Source: a virus (taxonomy: Duplodnaviria > Caudoviricetes). Taken from it: a stretch of 33,856 nucleotides of DNA. Location of the stretch: the IMG/VR virus record IMGVR_UViG_3300020044_004600, positions 1 to 33,856 of that record. One strand, 5' to 3'. This document shows, one piece after another, positions 14,810 through 23,762 of the stretch. The position numbers were made by a program, and so were the translations under genes. The notes under the pieces were generated by a model. The model did no database searches. It saw only the letters and a program-made list of their open reading frames with translations, and was not told where the DNA came from. Every line of letters begins with the position of its first letter. The first letter of the stretch is position 1.

Positions 14810-17091
14810 GGATACCTCACCAGTGCGCCACTCATGTATGTCTGGGCTGAACCAGCAACTGTTGCCGCCCCAACACCAGAAGCCTGGAATGTGTATAGCT
14901 CAATGTAGTCTGTTGAACCATTCATGTAAACAACGTCATTAACGTGCAATCCTGAATATCCAGAAGCCGAAAAGAAAGAAACGCCTCGCTTATATTCAGA
15001 ACCATTTTTGTAAATCGATAACACAGTCAATCCAGATGTCGATGCTGCGTTGTACCAAAGAGCTGCATTGATCTGATAGTAGCCTGCGACAGTCGGAGTG
15101 AACCTGTAGTTTGTTGTCGAGTCGAAACAAGCGTTTGTGTCAAATGTTTCTGAGTTGAGAGAAATCTTTGTGAATGTTGAATTTGCAATTGTCTGGCCAG
15201 CAGATGCAAACGCACTGAACGCAGGCTGATTTGCAGAATTTGCAATTGTGATTGATCCAGCGCCATTGGTGACTGCAATTCCAGTCCCAGCTGTCAGAGT
15301 TGCCTTCGTCAGCGTGTTTCCGGTGCTGTTTCCGATGAGCAGCTGACCGTTCGTGTAAGAAGTCTGGCCTGTGCCGCCATTACCGACAACAAGGGTTCCA
15401 GCAACGCTCACAGCACCACTCGTTGCAACGGACGGCGTAAATCCCATGCTGCCAAAGCTGATCGTTGTGACAGCAGAAGACAACTTGTTGTTGAAAGTCG
15501 TCCAGTCTGCTGCGCTCAGAGCACCGCGATTTGTTGCTGATGCAGTTGGGACGTTCAGCGTTATGACTGGTGTCGTCGTGCCATTTGCGACCGTGGACGA
15601 TAGGTCTGTGCCCGTTGTGCCAAGTGTGAGCGCGGCCACGCTGGTGACGGTTCCGTTTCCTGTTCCTGCTCCAATGGCTGTGCGGAATGTCGGAGCGTCG
15701 AGTGTGGACACGCTGTTGTCTGCGTTGACGCGCAGGAACGTGATGGCGCTTGGATTGGTCAGCGTGAAAAAGTTGGAGCCGACAGTCGTGGCCCCAAAGT
15801 TTGTACGAGCGCCAGCTGCTGTCGAAGCGCCAGATCCACCACGGGCTACAGATAGCTGTCCAGACCATCCGAGTGTCAGAGATGCATCTGCCAGCAGCGC
15901 AGTGGTGGGGTTTCCACCAAGCGTGAGCGTGACGTTTGTGTCGTCTACCTTTGTGAGCGCCGCAGCCGAGACCCACTCAGGCGCAGTGGCCCCAGAGTTG
16001 ACCCTGAACACTTGACCGGAAGTGCCGATTGCTCGATATGTGGTGGTGCTTGGAGCAGACTGATACGGCACAGACCCTGCTGCACCACCGGATAAGTTGG
16101 TCGCCGTGCCGACTGGCAGCGTAGACGCGGGGACGTTCTCCCAGCGCTGTTGCACGCTGTCGTATTGCAGGAGGTCGCCATTGGCCAAGCCGTTAATGTA
16201 GACGTCCTGCAGCCTGGCCAAGGACTCAGCCACGGTCATGCGCACAAAGATCGAACCAGAGCCGCCAGATCCAGCATTGACAACCACGGCCACCGGAACG
16301 TCGATGCGTGGTGCAATCGGTTGCACCTTTGTCCATGTTCCTGGTGTCGTTGCTCCGAAGTAAAGCAGGTCTCCATCATTCCACACCTCGCCATATGGTG
16401 CGCCTGTGGTGTTGAACCCACGCACAAGGCCAAAGCTGGTGACATATCCAAAGGCGTTGTCTGCAATGTCTTGTGTGGCCACGCCCATCATGTAATCGGC
16501 AGGCACAGAACCATCAGCCACGGCCAAGCCAAACGTCAGTTTTCCAGAAGACCCAATAGTGCCTGTAAACATCACTGGCGTACCGTTGGCGATCAGACTT
16601 CCGCTGGTGTTTTTTGAATAAAACATCAGCTCCTGTCCAACCTGCAGAACGCTGCCGCCATACAGGCCAATATCCACCGTTCCATCGTCCTGATTCCACT
16701 GCACGCGCCTTGCTTGCGTGACATGTGGGCCATCTTCTGGCAGGTCAATGTAGTCCGTCACCACCGAGTTGTTGTTCTGAATCACTGGCGCAGTTGCCAG
16801 CATTTCCAGAGCATTGGCGATGCGTCCAAGCGTGTCGAGTGCCTGCACAGCCTTCTGGTCTGCATTGCCCGCGTTGATGGCCACATCCTTGGCCAGGCTC
16901 ACGATCTGAGCCAGTGCCTCGTTCGCTGTGGCCTGGCTGTTTCCAGCCAACACCTCAATTCCAGGCGTGTCTGGTGAAGGCGCGATCTGATCGGCCAAGG
17001 CAAACAGACGCTCGAACTGCTTGACCTGCTCGAAGTTCTGCAAGAACGATGCAAGCTGGTCGCGTGTGAGATTGAGTTTTTGTGTGGCCAT
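14806..17091 (-). CDS. Tail fibre/needle with C1q-like tip
   Basis: Follows gp10-like gene; Gly/Thr repeats (GTVTSV, GGTG); PAFSA...FTKI...FDT...YRFTPTVAGYYQI...DYIELY. Confidence 0.85.
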   Translation of the reverse strand: MATQKLNLTRDQLASFLQNFEQVKQFERLFALADQIAPSPDTPGIEVLAGNSQATANEALAQIVSLAKDVAINAGNADQKAVQALDTLGRIANALEMLATAPVIQNNNSVVTDYIDLPEDGPHVTQARRVQWNQDDGTVDIGLYGGSVLQVGQELMFYSKNTSGSLIANGTPVMFTGTIGSSGKLTFGLAVADGSVPADYMMGVATQDIADNAFGYVTSFGLVRGFNTTGAPYGEVWNDGDLLYFGATTPGTWTKVQPIAPRIDVPVAVVVNAGSGGSGSIFVRMTVAESLARLQDVYINGLANGDLLQYDSVQQRWENVPASTLPVGTATNLSGGAAGSVPYQSAPSTTTYRAIGTSGQVFRVNSGATAPEWVSAAALTKVDDTNVTLTLGGNPTTALLADASLTLGWSGQLSVARGGSGASTAAGARTNFGATTVGSNFFTLTNPSAITFLRVNADNSVSTLDAPTFRTAIGAGTGNGTVTSVAALTLGTTGTDLSSTVANGTTTPVITLNVPTASATNRGALSAADWTTFNNKLSSAVTTISFGSMGFTPSVATSGAVSVAGTLVVGNGGTGQTSYTNGQLLIGNSTGNTLTKATLTAGTGIAVTNGAGSITIANSANQPAFSAFASAGQTIANSTFTKISLNSETFDTNACFDSTTNYRFTPTVAGYYQINAALWYNAASTSGLTVLSIYKNGSEYKRGVSFFSASGYSGLHVNDVVYMNGSTDYIELYTFQASGVGAATVAGSAQTYMSGALVRYP

Positions 17092-17093
17092 GT

Positions 17094-18503
17094 TCAGTAG
17101 GCCAGCGGCTCAAGTTGTGCCTCAAGACGAGCAAACGACAAATGCGCTTGGCTGTCGCCACGAAATCTTTGAATACGCCAGTTGCGCATGTGACCCTGTT
17201 GAAACCAGGCCAGGCGCTTTGTAGTGTTGCCTGTCGTGCCAACTCTCAACGCACGGTCTTGGCTCCATGCCATGCCGTCCACCGAGTAGCTGGTCGTAAT
17301 GATCGGATCAATGCCCAAGGCCACGCGGCCGGTGAGGCTGACCAGCTCCAGCTTGTTGAAGATCGCGCCGTTGCCTTCGTTGTAGACGATGATGGTACCG
17401 AACTCCCAGCGGACAATCTGGCCCCAATGCGTGCCGATGTTGTCCACCAAGTAGCCGATGCTCGAGGATTGAGGATCACCAACCAGCCACTTGTCATAGG
17501 CCCAGACAAGATTGCGTGCGCGGTACTGGCTGAAACCAACGGTCGAAGTTGTCAGTGTGAACCAGACCTGAGTCTGCAGCTCCTGCGATGCGGCTGCATC
17601 GTAGACCAGCGTTTTATCTGGCAGGTGCACATACAAGTGCTCATGCGCTTTGTCGTTGCGTGCCTCCAGCTTTACCTGGGCAAGTTGCGTCTCGGTGTAG
17701 TCCAGAAGCAGATCGTCAATTTCCTGCGTGCTGATTTTTTTAGCCGTTGCATTTGCGCCGATGTAGATGCCTGGGGACTCGTTGCGGCCGCTGCCCAAGA
17801 AGGCAATGGTGTCCACGTAAACGCAGCAGGCAAACGTGCCAACGACGCCCTTTTGAACCTGTGCGCCATCGATGCGCTGAAATGGGAAAAACTCTCCGCC
17901 AACGTTGTCGAACACCTCGATGGTGTTTCGGTTCAACGCATAGATCTCGTTGCGCAGCTTGAGCAGCGCCACCACGGGGTCGGGATCAACTTCGCTGGAG
18001 CCATACTTCAGCGGGTTGACTTGGGTCGGGTCTGACAGCTCGGTCACTACCAGGCTGGTGCCATCGGTGGTCATAAAGTAGCCGTCTACCCACACCACAT
18101 CCAGCACCAGGCCAAGGTCGGGGTCGGTGACTTGCACCAGGCCAAGTGCGCTGTTCCAGTAGTACAAGCGGCCACCTGACGCAATTGCTAGGCGGTCGAA
18201 GCTGTAGTCGAGCGTCACCAGAGTGTTGATGGGGCCGCCAACGTCACCAAGCACAGTCACAGCTCCATTGCTGGCCACAGTCACCAGCTTGGTGCCCATG
18301 ACCCGGTAACAGACGCCGTTCCAATTGATGCCGCCACGGTCTATGCCTGGGCCAGTGCCGTTGGCCACGATGCCATCACCAGGACGCAGAAAACCGGCAC
18401 TGATGCCGGACTGCTTTGGCACGGGCACCATGTTGACCGGGTAGCTCGTGCGCAGGTCTGGGCCGTTGTCGGTGTAGATGCCGTTGAGGATTTGAATTTG
18501 CAT
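17094..18503 (-). CDS. P22 gp10-like tail hub (packaged DNA stabilization protein)
   Basis: 469 aa; PVNM...LRPGDG...GIDRG, DGYF, SSEVDPD; synteny. Confidence 0.9.
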   Translation of the reverse strand: MQIQILNGIYTDNGPDLRTSYPVNMVPVPKQSGISAGFLRPGDGIVANGTGPGIDRGGINWNGVCYRVMGTKLVTVASNGAVTVLGDVGGPINTLVTLDYSFDRLAIASGGRLYYWNSALGLVQVTDPDLGLVLDVVWVDGYFMTTDGTSLVVTELSDPTQVNPLKYGSSEVDPDPVVALLKLRNEIYALNRNTIEVFDNVGGEFFPFQRIDGAQVQKGVVGTFACCVYVDTIAFLGSGRNESPGIYIGANATAKKISTQEIDDLLLDYTETQLAQVKLEARNDKAHEHLYVHLPDKTLVYDAAASQELQTQVWFTLTTSTVGFSQYRARNLVWAYDKWLVGDPQSSSIGYLVDNIGTHWGQIVRWEFGTIIVYNEGNGAIFNKLELVSLTGRVALGIDPIITTSYSVDGMAWSQDRALRVGTTGNTTKRLAWFQQGHMRNWRIQRFRGDSQAHLSFARLEAQLEPLAY

Positions 18504-18506
18504 GGC

Positions 18507-18797
18507 TTACCACTTCACCTTGTTTGCCCAATACGCAGCGCTCATTTTTCCTTTGGAAATGTTCTCCGCGTGCCTGGCTTTAAAAGATTCACGCCGGTTT
18601 TTGTCGGCTTTGCTTTCGCCTTCACGCTTTGGAGACCCAGACACACCTTGTTGACCAAAGCGGATCGTCTTGATTTGATCTCCGTCTTTGGCAACTACGA
18701 CATGTGACTTGGTTGGATGCGATGGCGTGCGTTTTGGCTTGTTGTAGCCTTCAACGCCAAGGCGTTCCAGCCGTGGGTCTTTTTTGGCTGGCATCAA
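18507..18797 (-). CDS. Small basic phage protein (RRESFKARH...SAAYWA type)
   Basis: IRFGQQG, RRESFKARH, SAAYWANKVKW; coupled to the upstream gene. Confidence 0.75.
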   Translation of the reverse strand: MMPAKKDPRLERLGVEGYNKPKRTPSHPTKSHVVVAKDGDQIKTIRFGQQGVSGSPKREGESKADKNRRESFKARHAENISKGKMSAAYWANKVKW

Positions 18798-19087
18798 ATT
18801 CCGCCTTCACCAGTCGCAATGTTGAGCGTCGTGCCAGCAGCAGAAATGTGAGACAAAGATGTGTCTTCTGTTGATTTGCGAACAATGATTTCACTGTTTG
18901 CACGAACAGGAATATCTGCCGTGGTTGCAGCGCCGCCACCGATACGCACATAACAAATATTTGCGCCGCTGTTCACAAGGCGTACAGCTTTGTCTTGTTG
19001 GTTGATTGTGACGGTAGCAGATGCTGCCGCAGGTGTAACGACCTGGTTTGATCCAAGACGCTGACTGAATTGATTGACGACGGACAT
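18794..19087 (-). CDS. Small virion protein
   Basis: AAGGAG RBS, beta-rich, in the structural module. Confidence 0.75.
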   Translation of the reverse strand: MSVVNQFSQRLGSNQVVTPAAASATVTINQQDKAVRLVNSGANICYVRIGGGAATTADIPVRANSEIIVRKSTEDTSLSHISAAGTTLNIATGEGGI

Positions 19088-19104
19088 GGTTTTCTCCTTT
19101 TTGG

Positions 19105-19560
19105 TTAAGCGATGCGATACCAGCTGTTTGTTGCCTGCACAAAGCGCATTCGGAAAAAGTCCTCAGCTGCAAGTGTGGTCGGGTCGCCATAAGCAGCGCT
19201 CGCGCCGTTCAGCGCCAACGTGAAAGCTGTGATCTGCTGCGTGGTGGTGATGAGCACTTCGGTTCCGTCTGGCGTCTGAGTATTCAGCGGTAGGGTCAGA
19301 GTGCCAGCAGCCAAAGTTCCAGCAGGCTGAATCAGCATCCACTGCTGCTGTGCCACGGGTGTCGGCACGGTGATGTTGAAACCGGTGCCAGGCGTTGCGA
19401 TGCTGGTGGCCAGCGATGGGGACGCAAAGGTTTGCTGGAAATACTGCAGCAGCGCACCGATGGGCAGACGTCGTGCGTCTCCGTTGTTCGGTGTGTAAAC
19501 GGGAATCTGGTCGCCTGGTGACGGAAAAGCAAGCAGCGGAAGTTGGTTGATGTAAGCCAT
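19105..19560 (-). CDS. Putative virion structural protein
   Basis: AAGGA RBS; INQLP...PAGTLAAGTLTLP...WYRIA. Confidence 0.75.
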   Translation of the reverse strand: MAYINQLPLLAFPSPGDQIPVYTPNNGDARRLPIGALLQYFQQTFASPSLATSIATPGTGFNITVPTPVAQQQWMLIQPAGTLAAGTLTLPLNTQTPDGTEVLITTTQQITAFTLALNGASAAYGDPTTLAAEDFFRMRFVQATNSWYRIA

Positions 19561-19569
19561 GGTAAATCC

Positions 19570-20052
19570 TTAGTTGAACTGGAGAGGGCCGTCTGGGCCA
19601 ACGTCGACAGGGTTGACGGGTGGACGGATGAACGGGTTGTCGTAGACACGCCATGGCTTGTTGCCAGCGCCTGCAGGCATGGTGGCTGGGAGTTGTTGCT
19701 CTGGCGGCATGGCGGCACGTTGCAGCAGTGTGTTGTAGCTGTCCTTGGCCACGGCCTTGGTTTCAGGCATCACCACTTTGCCGTAGCCAGGTGCAATGCG
19801 AACAGCGCCATTCGTGATGATCGCCTCATTCGCCCAGTCAGGCACCAGCGTCGGCTCGTCCAGATCGCTGTCTTGTGGGCTGCCTGGCAGTGGGTATCCC
19901 AAGCGGATGCCTTTGCCGTTCCAGTCGGCCATCATGGCATCTATGCGACGCATGGCGGATTGAAGTTGTTCCGGCTGCAGGTCGAAGACATAGGACGCAA
20001 GGCCGATCTCTTCAAAGGCTGCCGCAACGAATTGGCGCTTGCTGTAACCCAT
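19570..20052 (-). CDS. P22 gp4-like head-tail adaptor
   Basis: DAMMADW..KGIRLGY...AVRIAPGYG...MPAGAGNK. Confidence 0.9.
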   Translation of the reverse strand: MGYSKRQFVAAAFEEIGLASYVFDLQPEQLQSAMRRIDAMMADWNGKGIRLGYPLPGSPQDSDLDEPTLVPDWANEAIITNGAVRIAPGYGKVVMPETKAVAKDSYNTLLQRAAMPPEQQLPATMPAGAGNKPWRVYDNPFIRPPVNPVDVGPDGPLQFN

Positions 20053-20053
20053 A

Positions 20054-20350
20054 TCAGGCCTCCTGCTTGCTGAGTGACTCGGTGATCATGGCCAGCAGCT
20101 TTTCATCGCTGGTTCGCTTGGTGAACGTCAGGCCGAGTTCTTTTGCCTTCTCGACCAACTCAATGCGGGTCGGGGCTTCGCTGTCGTCAGGCACGCTTGT
20201 TTCCACGACTTGCGGTTGAGCTTCTGCCGCGGCTGCCTGCTCGCGCAGCAGTCGGTGATTGATGCCGTCGATTGGCCGGGATGGCTTGCGTACCTTGACG
20301 GGCTTTTTGTTCTTGCGGTACTTTGGCATGAGGATGTTGTCTTGCATCAC
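20054..20350 (-). CDS. Hypothetical protein, basic N-terminus and HeH-like C-terminal helix pair
   Basis: PTRIELVEKAKELGLTFTKRTSDEKL. Confidence 0.65.
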   Translation of the reverse strand: MMQDNILMPKYRKNKKPVKVRKPSRPIDGINHRLLREQAAAAEAQPQVVETSVPDDSEAPTRIELVEKAKELGLTFTKRTSDEKLLAMITESLSKQEA

Positions 20351-20523
20351 TTGGCCTTCCTTTTCATGGGCTTTGCTGTTTTCGCCGCGGCTTTGAATGC
20401 TGCAGAAGTCGGTGCGCCTTTGGTGCCTGGCTTGCGCATGCGCTCAGGCGTTTTGCCTGCAGCCTTCTGCTTTTCGATGCGCTCACGCTTGGCGTGAATA
20501 TTGGCGTACAGACCGGCCTTCAT
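20347..20523 (-). CDS. Small Lys/Ala-rich protein (58 aa)
   Basis: MKAGLYANIHAKRERIEKQKAAGKTPERMRKPGTKGAPTSAAFKAAAKTAKPMKRKAK; coupled overlaps. Confidence 0.75.
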   Translation of the reverse strand: MKAGLYANIHAKRERIEKQKAAGKTPERMRKPGTKGAPTSAAFKAAAKTAKPMKRKAK

Positions 20524-20690
20524 TTCTTGGCCTTCTTGGGTGCTTTGCTTGGCTTGCCAGCAGCTTTTGCCGCCTTGCGAGCGACGTTAAGTGCAACGGC
20601 CACGGCTTGCTTTTGTGGCATGCCGGACTTCATCTCCTTGGAGATGTTCTTGCCGATGGACTTACTTGAGTAACCTTTGGTCAGTGGCAT
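20520..20690 (-). CDS. Small Lys/Ala-rich protein (56 aa)
   Basis: MPLTKGYSSKSIGKNISKEMKSGMPQKQAVAVALNVARKAAKAAGKPSKAPKKAKK; AGGAG RBS. Confidence 0.8.
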   Translation of the reverse strand: MPLTKGYSSKSIGKNISKEMKSGMPQKQAVAVALNVARKAAKAAGKPSKAPKKAKK

Positions 20691-21427
20691 GGGGTTTTCT
20701 CCTGTTTGCGTTTTTCACGGGCCAGTTGCATGGCAGCCAGTCGCTTGGCCCTGACTTCAGGGTTTTGCCACGAGCTCGCAGTCTTACCTGCAATTTTCTG
20801 CTTTGTCTCGTCATCACGCAATGTGCGCTTGCGAGCCTTGGCAGCCGCGCTCATCTTTGCGCGTGATTCTGGCGTTCTCTCATAGGCTGCAAGTTTCTGC
20901 TTTGTCTCTTCAGACATCGAGTAACCAGCCGCCTTGCGTTTATCCCAAACATCCTTGATGAAATCAGAACGCTTGGAACGCTTCTCATCCGTCCATGCCG
21001 CCTTTAGTCCATCCGACACCTTCTTACGGTAATCGGCATCCTTCCAGCGTCGTGTCGAAGCATCAACCCATGAGGAAACGTCAGAGTACTTGCGTCCAGT
21101 AGCTTTGTCGGCAATTTTTGCCGCCACCTCTGGATTCTTGGATGGAGCAGTGTCACCACCATAGGCGACGTTGTACCCTTGTGGAGCCAACGTGCCTACA
21201 GCGATGATCGCTGCCTTTTCCGCTGCGTGAAGTTCGTCTTGCGTCTCAAACTCAGCAACCACCGTGATTTCAGGATCGCCATATTTGCGCCACGCACAGT
21301 GCACAGGAAGCTGGCTGCCACTTTTGACAGACCGCTTGTGCTGTGCGATACGGATGCTCATATTGCGTGCCGTTTGTCCGATGTATGCCTTGCCCGATGC
21401 AAAAACCAACTTGTACAGAATGTGCAT
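20681..21427 (-). CDS. GIY-YIG homing endonuclease with NUMOD3-like basic repeats
   Basis: ILYKL...AYIGQT...R..QH...E...GYN; SEETKQKL/PESRAKMS/DETKQKI repeats. Confidence 0.9.
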   Translation of the reverse strand: MHILYKLVFASGKAYIGQTARNMSIRIAQHKRSVKSGSQLPVHCAWRKYGDPEITVVAEFETQDELHAAEKAAIIAVGTLAPQGYNVAYGGDTAPSKNPEVAAKIADKATGRKYSDVSSWVDASTRRWKDADYRKKVSDGLKAAWTDEKRSKRSDFIKDVWDKRKAAGYSMSEETKQKLAAYERTPESRAKMSAAAKARKRTLRDDETKQKIAGKTASSWQNPEVRAKRLAAMQLAREKRKQEKTPCH

Positions 21428-21464
21428 ATCATGCTCCTGATTAACTCAAGAGCATGATAGCACA
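21421..21464 (-). promoter_or_regulatory. 19-bp RBS-sequestering hairpin with an embedded extended -10 (TGTGCTATCAT)
   Basis: tgtgc-tatcatgctc-ttga-gttaa-tcag-gagcatgata-t-gcaca. Confidence 0.85.
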
Positions 21465-21487
21465 TTAAGCGGTATTATCCTGTTTAA

Positions 21488-22771
21488 TTATTGATTAAAA
21501 AGCAGGATGCCGCTCATCTCGGGGTTCTTGTTCACCACACCGAACAGCGTGTCCATACGGTACTTGATGGTCATGCTGTCAATGTCGTAGAACTTCTGCA
21601 TGACCAGCTCGATGCCTTGGTCGGTGGTGGCACGCATCACTGCGACGCCAGCATCGGAAGGCACGGCATAACGGCCGGGCAAAATTTCCAGCGAGTCACG
21701 CTGCCAGAACACGTTTACCGAGGCGGCATTCACGTTCAGGAAGGTGATGGCAGCAGCGTCAGCAGCGATGGCCACTTCCACGTTCTTGTACTGCAACTGA
21801 GCGTCGGTAGGGGCAACGCCCTGAGCACCGATGATCGGAGGAGTAATGGTCATGGTGGTGCCGGAGTCAACCGAGACAACGCGGAAGGTCTTGAGTTGAC
21901 CAGTGCTTTGCTTGGTGATGTGGTGCACAGCGTAGACCTCAGCGATTGTGAAGGCGTCGCCTGCACGAACGTTTGTGGTGGCAGACACGGTGACGGTCTG
22001 GAAGCGGTTGTCCACGTTGATCTGGCCGCCGACGGAAGTCGAAGTGGCCTGAGGCGTGTAGTTCGCTTGGCTGTTGGAGCCGTTGGTGTCGATGGTCAAA
22101 GAAGAGCCACCAGCAGCGGCCAGCAGGCGGTTGGCGTAGTCCATCTTGTAGGTGTCAAAGCCTGCGACCATGCCGACGTAGCTGCGCTCGTAGGCTTTGT
22201 CCGACTTCTGGTTGCCGAAGCTGCGAGCAGTGCCAACCAGGTTACCGGCCAAGCCGTTGTAGTCGCGGCTGGACAGGGCCATGAAGCGGTCGTAGTCGGG
22301 CACGCCTTGCTCGTTCATGATGGCGTCGCACAAGGCGATGTCGTCATAGTCACCGGCTGCGGCACCAATGTCAACCACCAACGAACCCAAGCCAGCGGCT
22401 GCGTTCATGATGGCGATGTTGATGTCGGATGCCAGTTTCTGCTTGGCGGACTCGCCAAGGCGGCCTTCTTGCAAAGCGTCGCGCAGTTCGAGGGAGGTCA
22501 TTTCCCAAGGCACGGTTTTGCTGAAGCCCAAAGTCGCAGGGACGGCCAACTGAGTCATGCCCTGGTAACCTGGGATTGGCGTGCCAGGAGTGCTGTTGAT
22601 CGACTGAGCGATGTAGGGCTGTGGACGCCAGATGGTGTTGTTGGCGCGTTCCATCATTGTCTGGTCTGTGTTGTAGACCGAGACGTTGCGGGACAGCACG
22701 AGAGCGTCTTGGAAGCCTTCGAGGAGGTCTTCAAACGCGACGCGTTCTTCTTTCGAGAAACTATTGGACAT
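21488..22771 (-). CDS. P22-like major capsid protein
   Basis: 427 aa; TIWRPQPY, KLASDIN, YRMDTLFGV...PEMSG; follows portal and scaffold. Confidence 0.95.
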   Translation of the reverse strand: MSNSFSKEERVAFEDLLEGFQDALVLSRNVSVYNTDQTMMERANNTIWRPQPYIAQSINSTPGTPIPGYQGMTQLAVPATLGFSKTVPWEMTSLELRDALQEGRLGESAKQKLASDINIAIMNAAAGLGSLVVDIGAAAGDYDDIALCDAIMNEQGVPDYDRFMALSSRDYNGLAGNLVGTARSFGNQKSDKAYERSYVGMVAGFDTYKMDYANRLLAAAGGSSLTIDTNGSNSQANYTPQATSTSVGGQINVDNRFQTVTVSATTNVRAGDAFTIAEVYAVHHITKQSTGQLKTFRVVSVDSGTTMTITPPIIGAQGVAPTDAQLQYKNVEVAIAADAAAITFLNVNAASVNVFWQRDSLEILPGRYAVPSDAGVAVMRATTDQGIELVMQKFYDIDSMTIKYRMDTLFGVVNKNPEMSGILLFNQ

Positions 22772-22791
22772 GATTTTTCCTTAAAAAATGG

Positions 22792-23685
22792 TCATTTTGA
22801 AGCTGCACGCTTCTGCGCCTTGTACTGGATGACCTTGGTCATGTTGCCAGTACGGGCAGCTTCTTCGCGCAGCCGTTCGAGGGTTGAGTCCACCGCGCCA
22901 GACACTCGACCAGTTGAGCTGATCATGCGTTCGGGTGCAGGGGCTGCCTTCCGGTTCGTAACTTTCAATTCCTTCTCCAGTTTCGCTACCGCAAAGGCAA
23001 ACTTTACGGGGTCTTCAATTTTGGCCAGCTCTGCCGCCTTCTTTGGGTTCTTGCCGAGTGCGTAAATCACCAGAGCAGGATTGTCTGCACCTTGCAGCAC
23101 GACGCCTTGTTGCGTGATGTTGAAGAGTTCCTGGGCCACAGCCTCGGCATCCTCAAAATCTCGCACCTTCAGCTCAGCTTTCGCTTTGCCGTAGCCGTCG
23201 AGCTTTTCCTGCCAGGCTTGTTTTTGCGCTTGCTCGGCCTGCTGCAGCTTTTGGGCTTCAGTGTCGGCTTGGCGTTTGCGCTCGAACCAGTCTGCCAGGG
23301 TAGATTCAAACTTGTCAGCGTCATAGTCGAAATCTTCCAGCTTTGGCTTTGACCCAAGTGCGACCGGCTTTTTCTCAGTCGTCTGGGTCAGCTTCGCTTC
23401 GAGTTCTCGAATGCGCTTTTCCTTTTCGCGGTTTGCTTTACGCAGCTCTTTCACCCAACCAGGTGCATGAGCTTGCTCATCGGGAGGTGGCGCGTCCTCA
23501 CCAATGGAGACGATCACTTCGTTGTCGTCGCCTTCTTGATCGTCGCCGGATCGCTGGTCGTCCTGGTCGGTGCCGGAATTTTGCTCGTCACCCACGTTCT
23601 CAGAATCGTCCTGGCTTTCCTGATCGTCGATCACCAAGGTGTCGTCGTCGAGGTTTTCATCTCCTGTTGCTGCCTTTTTGTTCAT
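22792..23685 (-). CDS. Scaffolding protein
   Basis: Acidic N-terminus, coiled coil, P.LEDFDYD, basic C-terminal helix; between portal and coat. Confidence 0.88.
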   Translation of the reverse strand: MNKKAATGDENLDDDTLVIDDQESQDDSENVGDEQNSGTDQDDQRSGDDQEGDDNEVIVSIGEDAPPPDEQAHAPGWVKELRKANREKEKRIRELEAKLTQTTEKKPVALGSKPKLEDFDYDADKFESTLADWFERKRQADTEAQKLQQAEQAQKQAWQEKLDGYGKAKAELKVRDFEDAEAVAQELFNITQQGVVLQGADNPALVIYALGKNPKKAAELAKIEDPVKFAFAVAKLEKELKVTNRKAAPAPERMISSTGRVSGAVDSTLERLREEAARTGNMTKVIQYKAQKRAASK

Positions 23686-23704
23686 TCAAATACCCCATTT
23701 AACT

Positions 23705-23735
23705 CATCCACTTCAAACGGCTGGATGGATACCGT
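23705..23735 (-). promoter_or_regulatory. H-type pseudoknot in the scaffold 5' leader
   Basis: ACGGT/GCCGT stem 1; loop CATCCA pairs with TGGATG. Confidence 0.6.
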
Positions 23736-23762
23736 GTACCCACATTCTCCACCATATCGATG

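Noticed and set aside
20681-21427. Group I intron or intein hosting the endonucleases
   Set aside because: Flanking genes are intact and there is no room for a ribozyme core; terL, portal and coat have normal lengths
21491-23065. 524-aa plus-strand ORF, and similar long antisense ORFs (17082-18035, 24732-25775, 26665-27834, 3150-3995)
   Set aside because: Shadows of well-supported genes with GC-rich codon bias; no RBS or motifs
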